DNA from: Candidatus Uhrbacteria bacterium RIFCSPLOWO2_01_FULL_47_17
Lineage (GTDB): Bacteria > Patescibacteriota > Patescibacteriia > UBA9934 > GWF2-40-263
Assembly: GCA_001791305.1 (NCBI GenBank)
Contig: MGEI01000005.1
Location: 210,698 to 274,697 of the forward strand
DNA: 64,000 nt
Direction: 5' to 3'
Part shown: piece by piece, positions 48,983 through 56,698 of the stretch
Layout of the letters: every line of letters begins with the position of its first letter
Numbering within the stretch: position 1 is the stretch's first letter
Translations under genes and position numbers: made by a program
The notes under the pieces: model-generated
Told to the model about the DNA's origin: nothing
The model's database searches: none
The model's input: only the letters and a program-made list of their open reading frames with translations

Positions 48983-49106
48983 GTTTTTTCCTCCCTCTAT
49001 CTGCATAGACAGATGCACAGATAGACGATTATCATGAGCCTTTTTTTGGTTTTTGTCAAGATACTGAGCAATAAAAAATCCTTCGAGATCATCGAAAGAT
49101 TCTTTA

Positions 49107-49183
49107 TGGTGGCCCGAGCTGGATTCGAACCAGCGACCTTGAGCTTAGAAGTCTCCTGCTCTATCCAACTGAGCTATCGGGCC
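49107..49183 (-). tRNA. tRNA-Arg(TCT)
   Basis: GGCCCGA/TCGGGCC acceptor, CCA, D-loop GGATA, anticodon CT TCT AA, GTTCGAATC. Confidence 0.88.
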
Positions 49184-49258
49184 AAAAACCTCCGCAAATA
49201 TATCTGATTTTGACGTTTTTGTAAAGAGACGATAGCGTGCGTGTTATGGGAGGTACAC

Positions 49259-49846
49259 ATGCGAATCATGGCCGTGCTTCTTTGCGTTGGGTGTGCGATG
49301 GCGTGTGGAGCAACACCGATCGCAAAATCGCGCGTGCAGGAACCGTCACGACAGGCAAAACTGACATCTGCCGTTGACGCACTTGTACGATTTGAAACAG
49401 AGAGGTTGTGCCCAACGGACATTCGTATTGCAGCCGAGCTTGTGGATATGACCGTCCGTATACAAAACGAAACGCCGACCGTGTCCACACTTACAGATTG
49501 TCTGTTGCGATCCATGGTCTTGCTTGATGAACTCTTTCGCATGCAAGAAGAATCTCTTTCATATTTTTCTTCTGTGAGCCTGATCGTTCGATCCATGATG
49601 TTCACGCCAAAACAGGCGGAGGAAGTTTTTCTCAAAGCAGAAGTGAAACGTGTCCTTGTTGCCTACGGCGTGAAATCAGTCCCCGATTCACTTGAAGATA
49701 TGGTGCGCCTTACGCATCTGAATGCACGTATGCGACAAGCGCATGTTGATGTATGGGCAAAAGATCGCATCGAACTTCAGCGCTCCATTGAGAATTTGCA
49801 TGACGTCATGCGCAGACAGAGCCCGCATCCAAAATACGTTTACTAG
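49259..49846 (+). CDS. Hypothetical secreted/lipoprotein
   Basis: GGAGG SD; hydrophobic N-terminus with AMAC. Confidence 0.55.
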   Translation: MRIMAVLLCVGCAMACGATPIAKSRVQEPSRQAKLTSAVDALVRFETERLCPTDIRIAAELVDMTVRIQNETPTVSTLTDCLLRSMVLLDELFRMQEESLSYFSSVSLIVRSMMFTPKQAEEVFLKAEVKRVLVAYGVKSVPDSLEDMVRLTHLNARMRQAHVDVWAKDRIELQRSIENLHDVMRRQSPHPKYVY

Positions 49847-49860
49847 GTCTCGCTCAGCCT

Positions 49861-50634
49861 TCACGGCTGAGTTTTTTCATACGTTTCCGCCGCGCCCCAC
49901 AACCCTTCAAACCACGCCATCATCGTGTCGTGGTGCTCCTTCGATGTGATGAGCACACAGTACGCGTTTGCTCTCGAGGAAACATAAAGTGTTTTGTCAT
50001 CGTACAAAAAAATCGTTGTGAGAAATTTTTTGTGCATGACATCTGGCAAAATGCGCACATCGGATTTTCCTTTGTAGTAGTCGCGGTAGATAACTGGGTC
50101 GATTCGCTGTTCCCACAAGTTACGTGTCTCAATCTTGCGATCGATACGACTTCCAACGTATCGCTCGACGAAGGCACTCCCGACTTGCCAGGCGAAATTT
50201 TCTTTTGGCACAACCGAACAAATTTTTTTCGATTTACAATACAACGAATCCATCATCGCGTTCTTCACCGCTTCAAATCCCTCGAAGAACGAGACAGTCG
50301 GCCTGTCGCTCGAGGGGGCAGCCGTCTCGAGTGCCGTCTTCAGAATCTGGATGTCTGCCGTGAGTGCCTCGAGCTCATGCTTCTTTTCTTCGACGAGATG
50401 CTCGAGTTTGTGCAGGGGTTCGAGCACGATCTTTTGATCGCTCTCTTTGCCGGACTTGCTTACGAGCCCTCGACGCTCAAGCGAAGTTAGGGCATAGTAC
50501 ACGGTCGGTCTTTTCTCACCCGTATCCTTAATAATGTCGCGGGGGCTTCTGCGCCCAGCGGCAAGAGAGAGGTAAACGGTGATCTCGGATTCCGACAACC
50601 CAAGTTTTTTAAGTATTTTGCGAGGATCGTGCAT
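49861..50634 (-). CDS. TrmB-family transcriptional regulator
   Basis: LGLSESEITVYLSL, RPTVYYAL..LE.RGLV, FFEGFEAVK. Confidence 0.85.
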   Translation of the reverse strand: MHDPRKILKKLGLSESEITVYLSLAAGRRSPRDIIKDTGEKRPTVYYALTSLERRGLVSKSGKESDQKIVLEPLHKLEHLVEEKKHELEALTADIQILKTALETAAPSSDRPTVSFFEGFEAVKNAMMDSLYCKSKKICSVVPKENFAWQVGSAFVERYVGSRIDRKIETRNLWEQRIDPVIYRDYYKGKSDVRILPDVMHKKFLTTIFLYDDKTLYVSSRANAYCVLITSKEHHDTMMAWFEGLWGAAETYEKTQP

Positions 50635-50639
50635 ATATC

Positions 50640-50657
50640 GTCTAATGAGTATTAGAC
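50640..50657. promoter_or_regulatory. Palindromic operator candidate GTCTAAT-N4-ATTAGAC
   Basis: Perfect 7-bp inverted repeat 5 nt upstream of TrmB start, in divergent intergenic region. Confidence 0.5.
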
Positions 50658-50721
50658 AGAATTGTACACTTTTGCGCAAAAAGATACAGTCTAGGCAGGA
50701 CGTACATTAAAAGGAGACACA

Positions 50722-51345
50722 ATGAAGCCTCGTATGATTGGTTTGACGGGCAACATGGGCTGCGGGAAAAGTACTGTGGCGAAATTGCTTTCGGCATTTC
50801 CGGATGTATTTGTGTACAACACGGACCTCATTTGGAGAGAGATGATGCGTGAACAATTCGCGCGCGACTATATCCAATTTTTGATCAGTGAACACGCATA
50901 CGTCGGTAAGGAGCCGCAGATTGGCATCATCGCAGCTGCGATCTTCTCGGACGATCAGAAGCGTGTTGCGCTTGAAGCATTCGCAGGATTGCATATCATG
51001 ACGGGAATCGCGCATCGCGCGGGAAAGCGTCCTGAGAAAATACACATTATCGAGAACGCAATTTTGTTCGAAGCCGACGTGGCGAAATATTTTTCCAAAC
51101 CGCGGGAGATCATTGTTGTGACGTGTGACGAAGAAGAACAACTTCGTCGCGTCCTCGCGAGAGAAATTCCGGGACGCCCGAATCTCACGCACGCACAGTT
51201 TGATGCGCGTATGGCCAAGCAATGGCCGCAAGCAAAGAAAGTCGCACTCGCAACATACGTGATCGATACGTTCTGTTCCCTTCCCGAGCTCGAAGGACGA
51301 GTGAAGGATCTGTACAATCAGATCACAGGAGGAAATCATGAGTAA
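50722..51345 (+). CDS. coaE: Dephospho-CoA kinase
   Basis: IGLTGNMGCGKSTVA, AILFE, RMAKQWP. Confidence 0.88.
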   Translation: MKPRMIGLTGNMGCGKSTVAKLLSAFPDVFVYNTDLIWREMMREQFARDYIQFLISEHAYVGKEPQIGIIAAAIFSDDQKRVALEAFAGLHIMTGIAHRAGKRPEKIHIIENAILFEADVAKYFSKPREIIVVTCDEEEQLRRVLAREIPGRPNLTHAQFDARMAKQWPQAKKVALATYVIDTFCSLPELEGRVKDLYNQITGGNHE

Positions 51346-51877
51346 TCGCGTTGCGGTTTATGCAGGTTCGTTTGATCTGTTTACGATCGGACACTTGTGG
51401 GTCGCGGAGCAAGGCTCCAAAATGTTCGACACACTTGTGATCGCGGTTGGTGTGAATCCGGCGAAGGCAAACAAAACCATGTTCACTGTTGAAGAACGCC
51501 TCGCACAAATTCGTGCATGTACGTCTCATCTTCCAAATGTGGAAGTTACATCTTGCGGAAAAATGTTTTTGCATGATTACGTAATGAGCATTGATGCGAA
51601 TTGGGTGCTGCGCGGAGTCCGTGGTCCGAAAGACTATGAAGACGAAGCCAACACACAAGACATGGTTCGCGAAGCACTCGACAAGATGAAATGCACGTAT
51701 GATATTCAAACCGCGTTCATCCGTCCGCCACATGATGTGGCAGTGGTGAGCTCAAGTTCCGTCAAAGCGTTGATGGGATTTGATAAGTGGGAAGAAATGG
51801 TCGCGTTTTTCGTCTCACCGGCGATTGTGAATTCCGTGATCGCCAAATTCAAGGAGGTTCTGAATGCAAACGCCTAA
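51338..51877 (+). CDS. coaD: Phosphopantetheine adenylyltransferase
   Basis: AVYAGSFDLFTIGH, NPAK, LRGVR, VSSSSVK. Confidence 0.88.
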   Translation: MSNRVAVYAGSFDLFTIGHLWVAEQGSKMFDTLVIAVGVNPAKANKTMFTVEERLAQIRACTSHLPNVEVTSCGKMFLHDYVMSIDANWVLRGVRGPKDYEDEANTQDMVREALDKMKCTYDIQTAFIRPPHDVAVVSSSSVKALMGFDKWEEMVAFFVSPAIVNSVIAKFKEVLNANA

Positions 51878-52505
51878 GATTGAACCGTGGCTTGCATGGA
51901 GACGGTTGTGCGAGGATCTGAATCTCGACGTTGCAGCGATGCAGATCGGGTTTCAAGAACTCGCGCGACGGTACGGAGAGTCACACAGAAAATATCATAC
52001 ACTCGCACACATTGCGGCGTGCCTGCAGGAATTCGAAGCAGTGAAAGCTCAGTGTGATGATCTGCTCGGTGTTGAACTCGCCATCTGGTTTCATGATCTC
52101 TATTATGAAACGAATCGCAAAGACAACGAAGATCGCAGTGCGGACCGTATGTACGTACTCGTCGAACCTCGAGAGTGGACAAGAAACCACACCCTCACCG
52201 CAGACGTCTGTATTCGCGCCACCAAACACGCGGCCGCGCCCGAAGAACACGACGCGCAAATCATGGTCGACATCGATCTCTCGATTCTCGGACAGCCTTG
52301 GAATGTGTACGAAGAATACACGCGTCAGATTCGTGCAGAGTACAAACGCGTTCCACGCCTTCTGTATGTCCCTGGCCGCCGCAAGATTATGCAATCTTTC
52401 CTCGACCGCCCACACATTTTCTCGACCGAGTTTTTTCACGCGCGCTATGAAACGCAAGCCCGCGCAAACATCACGCGCGAACTCAACACCCTCAAGCTGT
52501 TCTAA
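51864..52505 (+). CDS. HD-superfamily metal-dependent phosphohydrolase
   Basis: RKYHTLAH, WFHD, NEDRSA, DIDLSILG, IRAEY, ARANI. Confidence 0.85.
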   Translation: MQTPKIEPWLAWRRLCEDLNLDVAAMQIGFQELARRYGESHRKYHTLAHIAACLQEFEAVKAQCDDLLGVELAIWFHDLYYETNRKDNEDRSADRMYVLVEPREWTRNHTLTADVCIRATKHAAAPEEHDAQIMVDIDLSILGQPWNVYEEYTRQIRAEYKRVPRLLYVPGRRKIMQSFLDRPHIFSTEFFHARYETQARANITRELNTLKLF

Positions 52506-52573
52506 CCTGTTCAAACGAACAGGTTTTTTGTCGGCAAAGAAAAAACACATCCGAGGGATGTGTTGAGAGTGTC

Positions 52574-53578
52574 TTAGAACACCATGCCTTGAACGGCAAA
52601 CGTCGTCTGGATATGAGAATGACGTTCGATGGTGCGAGCGATTTCCTGAACCGTGTCATAGTCCGCGTCCGGATCATGGTGTGTGGTGATGATGCGCTTC
52701 GGCTTGGCTTCGATCGCGTGTTGTGCCGCGGCTTCCGCGGTGATGTGACCGTAGCCTTGCCGTTTGTCTTCATACATCTTTTTCGTGTATTGCACTTCCG
52801 TCACAACCACATCTGCACCTTCCCAAAGGCGTACGATGTTTTTGTCGAACTCATCCTTTCCGTGCTCATGGTCGAGTGTCACGGCAATGACATGACCACA
52901 CCACTCAAAGCGATATCCGTACGAACCGTTTGGGTGATTCATCGGGAGAACCCAAACCTTGATCGGCTGCAAATCGTTTTCGATTTCGAAATGCTCATTG
53001 GGTTCAATCACACGGAGATCCCGTTTGGAACCAAGGTATTCCCACGGAACCGGGAAAACAGGAGGACGAAAGTTGAACTGTTGCATCACCTCAAAGAGGT
53101 TCATGCCGCAGTGAAGACCGCCGATCATGTGAATTTTGGTTTTCGGCGAGAAGATTGGCTTGAAGGCCTGTGCCCCAAAGAGATGGTCTCCGTGTACATG
53201 CGAACTCATGAACGTGAGATCCAGTTCTTCTTCTTGGTTCAGATGCCCGCTTTCGAGCAATGCTTGCCCAAGGTTTTTGATGTCACTGCCTTGGGCGACA
53301 TACTGGTTCAAAAACACATCAACATCTTTGATGGTTTTGCCCGGCATGAGATAACGCTTCATGAGCTCATTGCCAATGTCAATCATGCCTGAGCCGAAGT
53401 CAAAGATGATGAGCTTGCGTCCGAATTGGAGAGTATGACAGGTAGTGTGTCCACCAATCTTTGTGTCACCAATTACGAACGAACCGCGCACGCCATAGAA
53501 TTTGCCTTTTGGCTTCATCATGTCGAGCATTGTTTCTTGCGAAAATCCATTTCCCTGAAGTGCGGGAATTCGAGCCAT
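52574..53578 (-). CDS. Metallo-beta-lactamase-fold hydrolase
   Basis: FYGVRGS, DFGSG, HVHGDH, HPNGS, DHE, GH, THHDP. Confidence 0.85.
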   Translation of the reverse strand: MARIPALQGNGFSQETMLDMMKPKGKFYGVRGSFVIGDTKIGGHTTCHTLQFGRKLIIFDFGSGMIDIGNELMKRYLMPGKTIKDVDVFLNQYVAQGSDIKNLGQALLESGHLNQEEELDLTFMSSHVHGDHLFGAQAFKPIFSPKTKIHMIGGLHCGMNLFEVMQQFNFRPPVFPVPWEYLGSKRDLRVIEPNEHFEIENDLQPIKVWVLPMNHPNGSYGYRFEWCGHVIAVTLDHEHGKDEFDKNIVRLWEGADVVVTEVQYTKKMYEDKRQGYGHITAEAAAQHAIEAKPKRIITTHHDPDADYDTVQEIARTIERHSHIQTTFAVQGMVF

Positions 53579-53771
53579 GTCTTCCTCCTGAAATTTGGAA
53601 GGTACTTCCGATGAGGTAGATTCCTCATTTCAGCAGGCAACACCGTGTTCCCAGCTGAAGAAAGGATCAAGGACCTTAAGGCTTTTTGTGGTTTTTGTCA
53701 AGGGATTCGACGTGTCTGTCGATATATCAAACTCTTGTTACAGAAACAGCATAAATCATTTGAGAATATTT

Positions 53772-53802
53772 GAAATATGCCTTGTCGAAGAGTTCGACAA
53801 CA
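53772..53802. promoter_or_regulatory. Operator-like element copy 1 (TTGTCGA-N5-TCGACAA)
   Basis: GAAATATGCC-TTGTCGA-AGAGT-TCGACAA-CA; matches 55858-55888. Confidence 0.6.
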
Positions 53803-53932
53803 CAAAAACAAAACCTCCAAAATTGGATGAGATGCGCCGCGCTGGAGGAAATAAATGTTTGAGTCGTAGACTATCTACGGCGAAAACATTTATTTCCGAA
53901 GCGCAAGCAGATCGCCAATTTTGGAGGTTTTG

Positions 53933-54008
53933 TGGGGCGGTCAACGGGAATTGAACCCGTAATAGAGGTACCACAAACCCCTGTGATAACCTTTTCACCA
54001 TGACCGCC
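53933..54008 (-). tRNA. tRNA-His(GTG)
   Basis: G-1 plus GCGGTCA/TGACCGC, C discriminator, CCA, anticodon TT GTG GT. Confidence 0.93.
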
Positions 54009-54117
54009 ATATAGGTTAGCGAGCAGAGTATAACGTTCAGAAAGAAAAAGATCAATAGTTCGGAGTATTTGATATCAATGAAAAAAACCTCGCAAGCGTA
54101 TTGCGAGGCAAGCGTCT

Positions 54118-54567
54118 CTAGCCAGTTTTGCGTTTTGCAAGCGTGGCATTTGTCTTTTTGCCGCAGGAAACGCAGGCATTCGCTTCGACCTGGATGACAG
54201 CACCACAGGTGCAAGCCTTCGTCTGTTCCCAAGTTTTGTCGACGGCCGTTTGGCAGCCGGGACAGAACTTGTATTCCTTTTTGAGCGTACGTTCGCACGC
54301 GCACTTTACGGGAATAAGATCGGTTACGAGCTGGACTTTGCCGACACTAGTTCCACATTCGTGGCAGAAACGCGCGTCGTGTTCCAGTTTTTCGCCACAG
54401 GCCGAGCAGAAGGTCCAAGGAGCTCCGCTGTGTGGTGTTGCGTGATTCACGGAGCGTAGATGCGATGCACGCGTGCTTGGGTAACTCGGTTGCGGTGCAA
54501 CGTACGGCGCTTGATTGCGCGAATTGTCGCTCCAGGAACCGCCGTATGAGGATGACTTATACGCCAT
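54118..54567 (-). CDS. Multi zinc-ribbon protein
   Basis: CSAC, CHEC, CAC, CPGC, CTC, CVSC; GGAGG SD. Confidence 0.75.
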   Translation of the reverse strand: MAYKSSSYGGSWSDNSRNQAPYVAPQPSYPSTRASHLRSVNHATPHSGAPWTFCSACGEKLEHDARFCHECGTSVGKVQLVTDLIPVKCACERTLKKEYKFCPGCQTAVDKTWEQTKACTCGAVIQVEANACVSCGKKTNATLAKRKTG

Positions 54568-55279
54568 GACAAACCTCCATGAAGACGTTGTTGCGATTCG
54601 TTCCACATCGATAACAGAATCGACGCGGTTTCTCAAATGTCGAAAGGCCACATTTGGGGCAATGAGTTCCCTCTTCACAGAAGAGACTCGAGCCTTTTGT
54701 ACTCCAGTCGTGCACCGTGAGAAGTCTGGTGTGTTGTTTCCATTCCGTCAGATACGCAGGTTCGCACATCGTTGGATTCATAAGTGCAACACGAGCGTTT
54801 CCTGGAATTCCGTGCGCATGCGCGCGAGCAATGATCACTTGCGCGATCAACATGGATGTTGCGATTCCACTCGACAATTTGTGAATGAGACTCCAGTCGA
54901 GTCCGAACACACCCTGGTCTGTATGTGGGTCATTCGGATCCGAGAAGTAAATCCATCGCACAAAACCGCCGAAGCCGAGTTTGTGATCATCAAGGTAGCA
55001 ACGATCAATTGGGTCCACACCTTTGAATCCTTGCACCATCTCGCCGTGCAATCCACTTTTCATTTCGTTTGGAATCATGAAAACGGAAATGTCTTTTTGA
55101 TGATGTGTTACACCCTTCCCCATTCCGTAACCGATCCACGGACACGTGCGAGCGTCTTCTTGTGTCATAAGAGACGCATCCATGAGAAAGTTTTTTTCAA
55201 ACGGTGTTCGAAGGAATGGCTGAAGCGATTTTACGGGCATACGTTCTGTGCCCGGATGCACATAGATGCGCGGTCGCAT
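54557..55279 (-). CDS. Hypothetical protein with C-terminal zinc ribbon
   Basis: CPKC..CYRC; GAGGAGG SD. Confidence 0.6.
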   Translation of the reverse strand: MRPRIYVHPGTERMPVKSLQPFLRTPFEKNFLMDASLMTQEDARTCPWIGYGMGKGVTHHQKDISVFMIPNEMKSGLHGEMVQGFKGVDPIDRCYLDDHKLGFGGFVRWIYFSDPNDPHTDQGVFGLDWSLIHKLSSGIATSMLIAQVIIARAHAHGIPGNARVALMNPTMCEPAYLTEWKQHTRLLTVHDWSTKGSSLFCEEGTHCPKCGLSTFEKPRRFCYRCGTNRNNVFMEVCHGV

Positions 55280-55317
55280 GAGACCTCCTCGTGTTGGAAG
55301 AAAAAACTCTGTGAAGA

Positions 55318-55788
55318 TCACAGAGTCAGACGAGGATCTTGGAGCGGCAGGAATTCGATTCCGCCGGCTTCTTCGACCACGGTACCCGGGTTTGCACCGC
55401 AATCCGGGCAGTGCAAAACGGGGTAGGAGAATGACTTCGTTCCGCACTGCGGGCAAAAGTCCGAGCCATGGGCGAAGATGTTGAAGAGGCTGTCCGCCCA
55501 ATCACCAACCGTGACGAGGCGATGCGTGAGACGCATGTGTGCGAGTTCGCGATCGAACTGACCCGTCAGGTTCACGATCGTCGCATCCATGTCGGGCGAC
55601 ATTCCATCAAGAATCGCTTGACGACACTTGCGCGCGATGCCGATCATCGACTTCACGGCGTTTTGGTCCGTCGAGCCTGGGTTGAAACGAATCATGAACA
55701 TGGGCGTGAGCTCCCGATAGCGATTGGCCGGCATGCTGGACTTTCCAAACACGTGACCGTGAACCTTCGCGAAATCGTCTGTAAACAT
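55318..55788 (-). CDS. Hypothetical protein with zinc ribbon
   Basis: CPQC..CPDC; GGAGG SD. Confidence 0.6.
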   Translation of the reverse strand: MFTDDFAKVHGHVFGKSSMPANRYRELTPMFMIRFNPGSTDQNAVKSMIGIARKCRQAILDGMSPDMDATIVNLTGQFDRELAHMRLTHRLVTVGDWADSLFNIFAHGSDFCPQCGTKSFSYPVLHCPDCGANPGTVVEEAGGIEFLPLQDPRLTL

Positions 55789-55857
55789 GATGTGCCTCCG
55801 TGTTGGTGTTGGAAAGGACAATCTCTATGATCAAGATAATGCATTCCCGGTAAAGTC

Positions 55858-55888
55858 GAAATAGGCATTGTCGACCTTTTCGACAACA
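55858..55888. promoter_or_regulatory. Operator-like element copy 2 (TTGTCGA-N5-TCGACAA)
   Basis: GAAATAGGCA-TTGTCGA-CCTTT-TCGACAA-CA between zinc-ribbon operon and TrmB. Confidence 0.6.
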
Positions 55889-55932
55889 TTTTGACTATCA
55901 CGGGTTCGCATGAGATCATAGAATATATGCAT

Positions 55933-56694
55933 ATGAACTACACATCTGACATTCTCAAAGGCCTTGAAGCTTTTGGTCTTGACGAAAAAGAAGTCAAAGT
56001 CTACCTCGCAGGGCTAGAAATCGGCACGGCAACGGTTCTCGAACTATCAAGAAGAACCGAATTACCGCGCACGACTCTCTACCCGATTCTCGAACGTCTC
56101 GAACACCACGGAGTGTTCAAGGTCGGAAAGCAGAAAAACACAACGGTGTATATCGCGGAACTTCCAGATGTCCTCAATCGTAATCTTGAAGATCGCGCGG
56201 CATTATTCTCAAAAACTCTCCCAGCACTCCAGACGATTCACGGATCAGTTCACGAAGGACCGGGTGTGACGTTTTACGAAGGATCGGATGGATTCAAAAG
56301 AGTTTGGAAAGCGATTATCGGATCAGGCGTGAAGGAATACAGATTGATCACAAGCGGAACCGGACTCCTTGACTACGTGAAGGAACCGTATCTTGTGAAG
56401 CGTGTGATTGCGGAGCGCATGCAAAAGAAAATTTTGAGCAAACAACTCATTCCAGACAATCGCGATACGCGAAAGATTGTGGAAAAAGATTCGGAAGAAT
56501 TGCGCGAGTCACGTTTTTTGCCGACCGGTACCGTGCTCCCGTCGACAGTGATTATTTTTGCGGATCACGTTGCATTTATTACGACACGAAAAGAAAACAC
56601 GATGATTTTGCTTGCGAGTGGTGACGTGGCGCTGACGTACAAGACGTTGTTTGATTTGATTTGGGAAAAGGCGGAGAAGGCTGATACACTGTAG
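55933..56694 (+). CDS. TrmB-family transcriptional regulator
   Basis: FGLDEKEVKVYLAGLEIG, PRTTLY, FYEGSDG, LFDLIW. Confidence 0.88.
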   Translation: MNYTSDILKGLEAFGLDEKEVKVYLAGLEIGTATVLELSRRTELPRTTLYPILERLEHHGVFKVGKQKNTTVYIAELPDVLNRNLEDRAALFSKTLPALQTIHGSVHEGPGVTFYEGSDGFKRVWKAIIGSGVKEYRLITSGTGLLDYVKEPYLVKRVIAERMQKKILSKQLIPDNRDTRKIVEKDSEELRESRFLPTGTVLPSTVIIFADHVAFITTRKENTMILLASGDVALTYKTLFDLIWEKAEKADTL

Positions 56695-56698
56695 GCAC

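Noticed and set aside
47753-49183. Tyrosine recombinase near tRNA-Arg as a prophage/ICE integrase
   Set aside because: Size and motifs fit chromosomal XerC/D; no duplicated tRNA 3' end (att) or phage genes seen
53595-54304. 119-aa and 182-aa ORFs around tRNA-His
   Set aside because: Overlap the tRNA and regulatory spacer; no protein motifs
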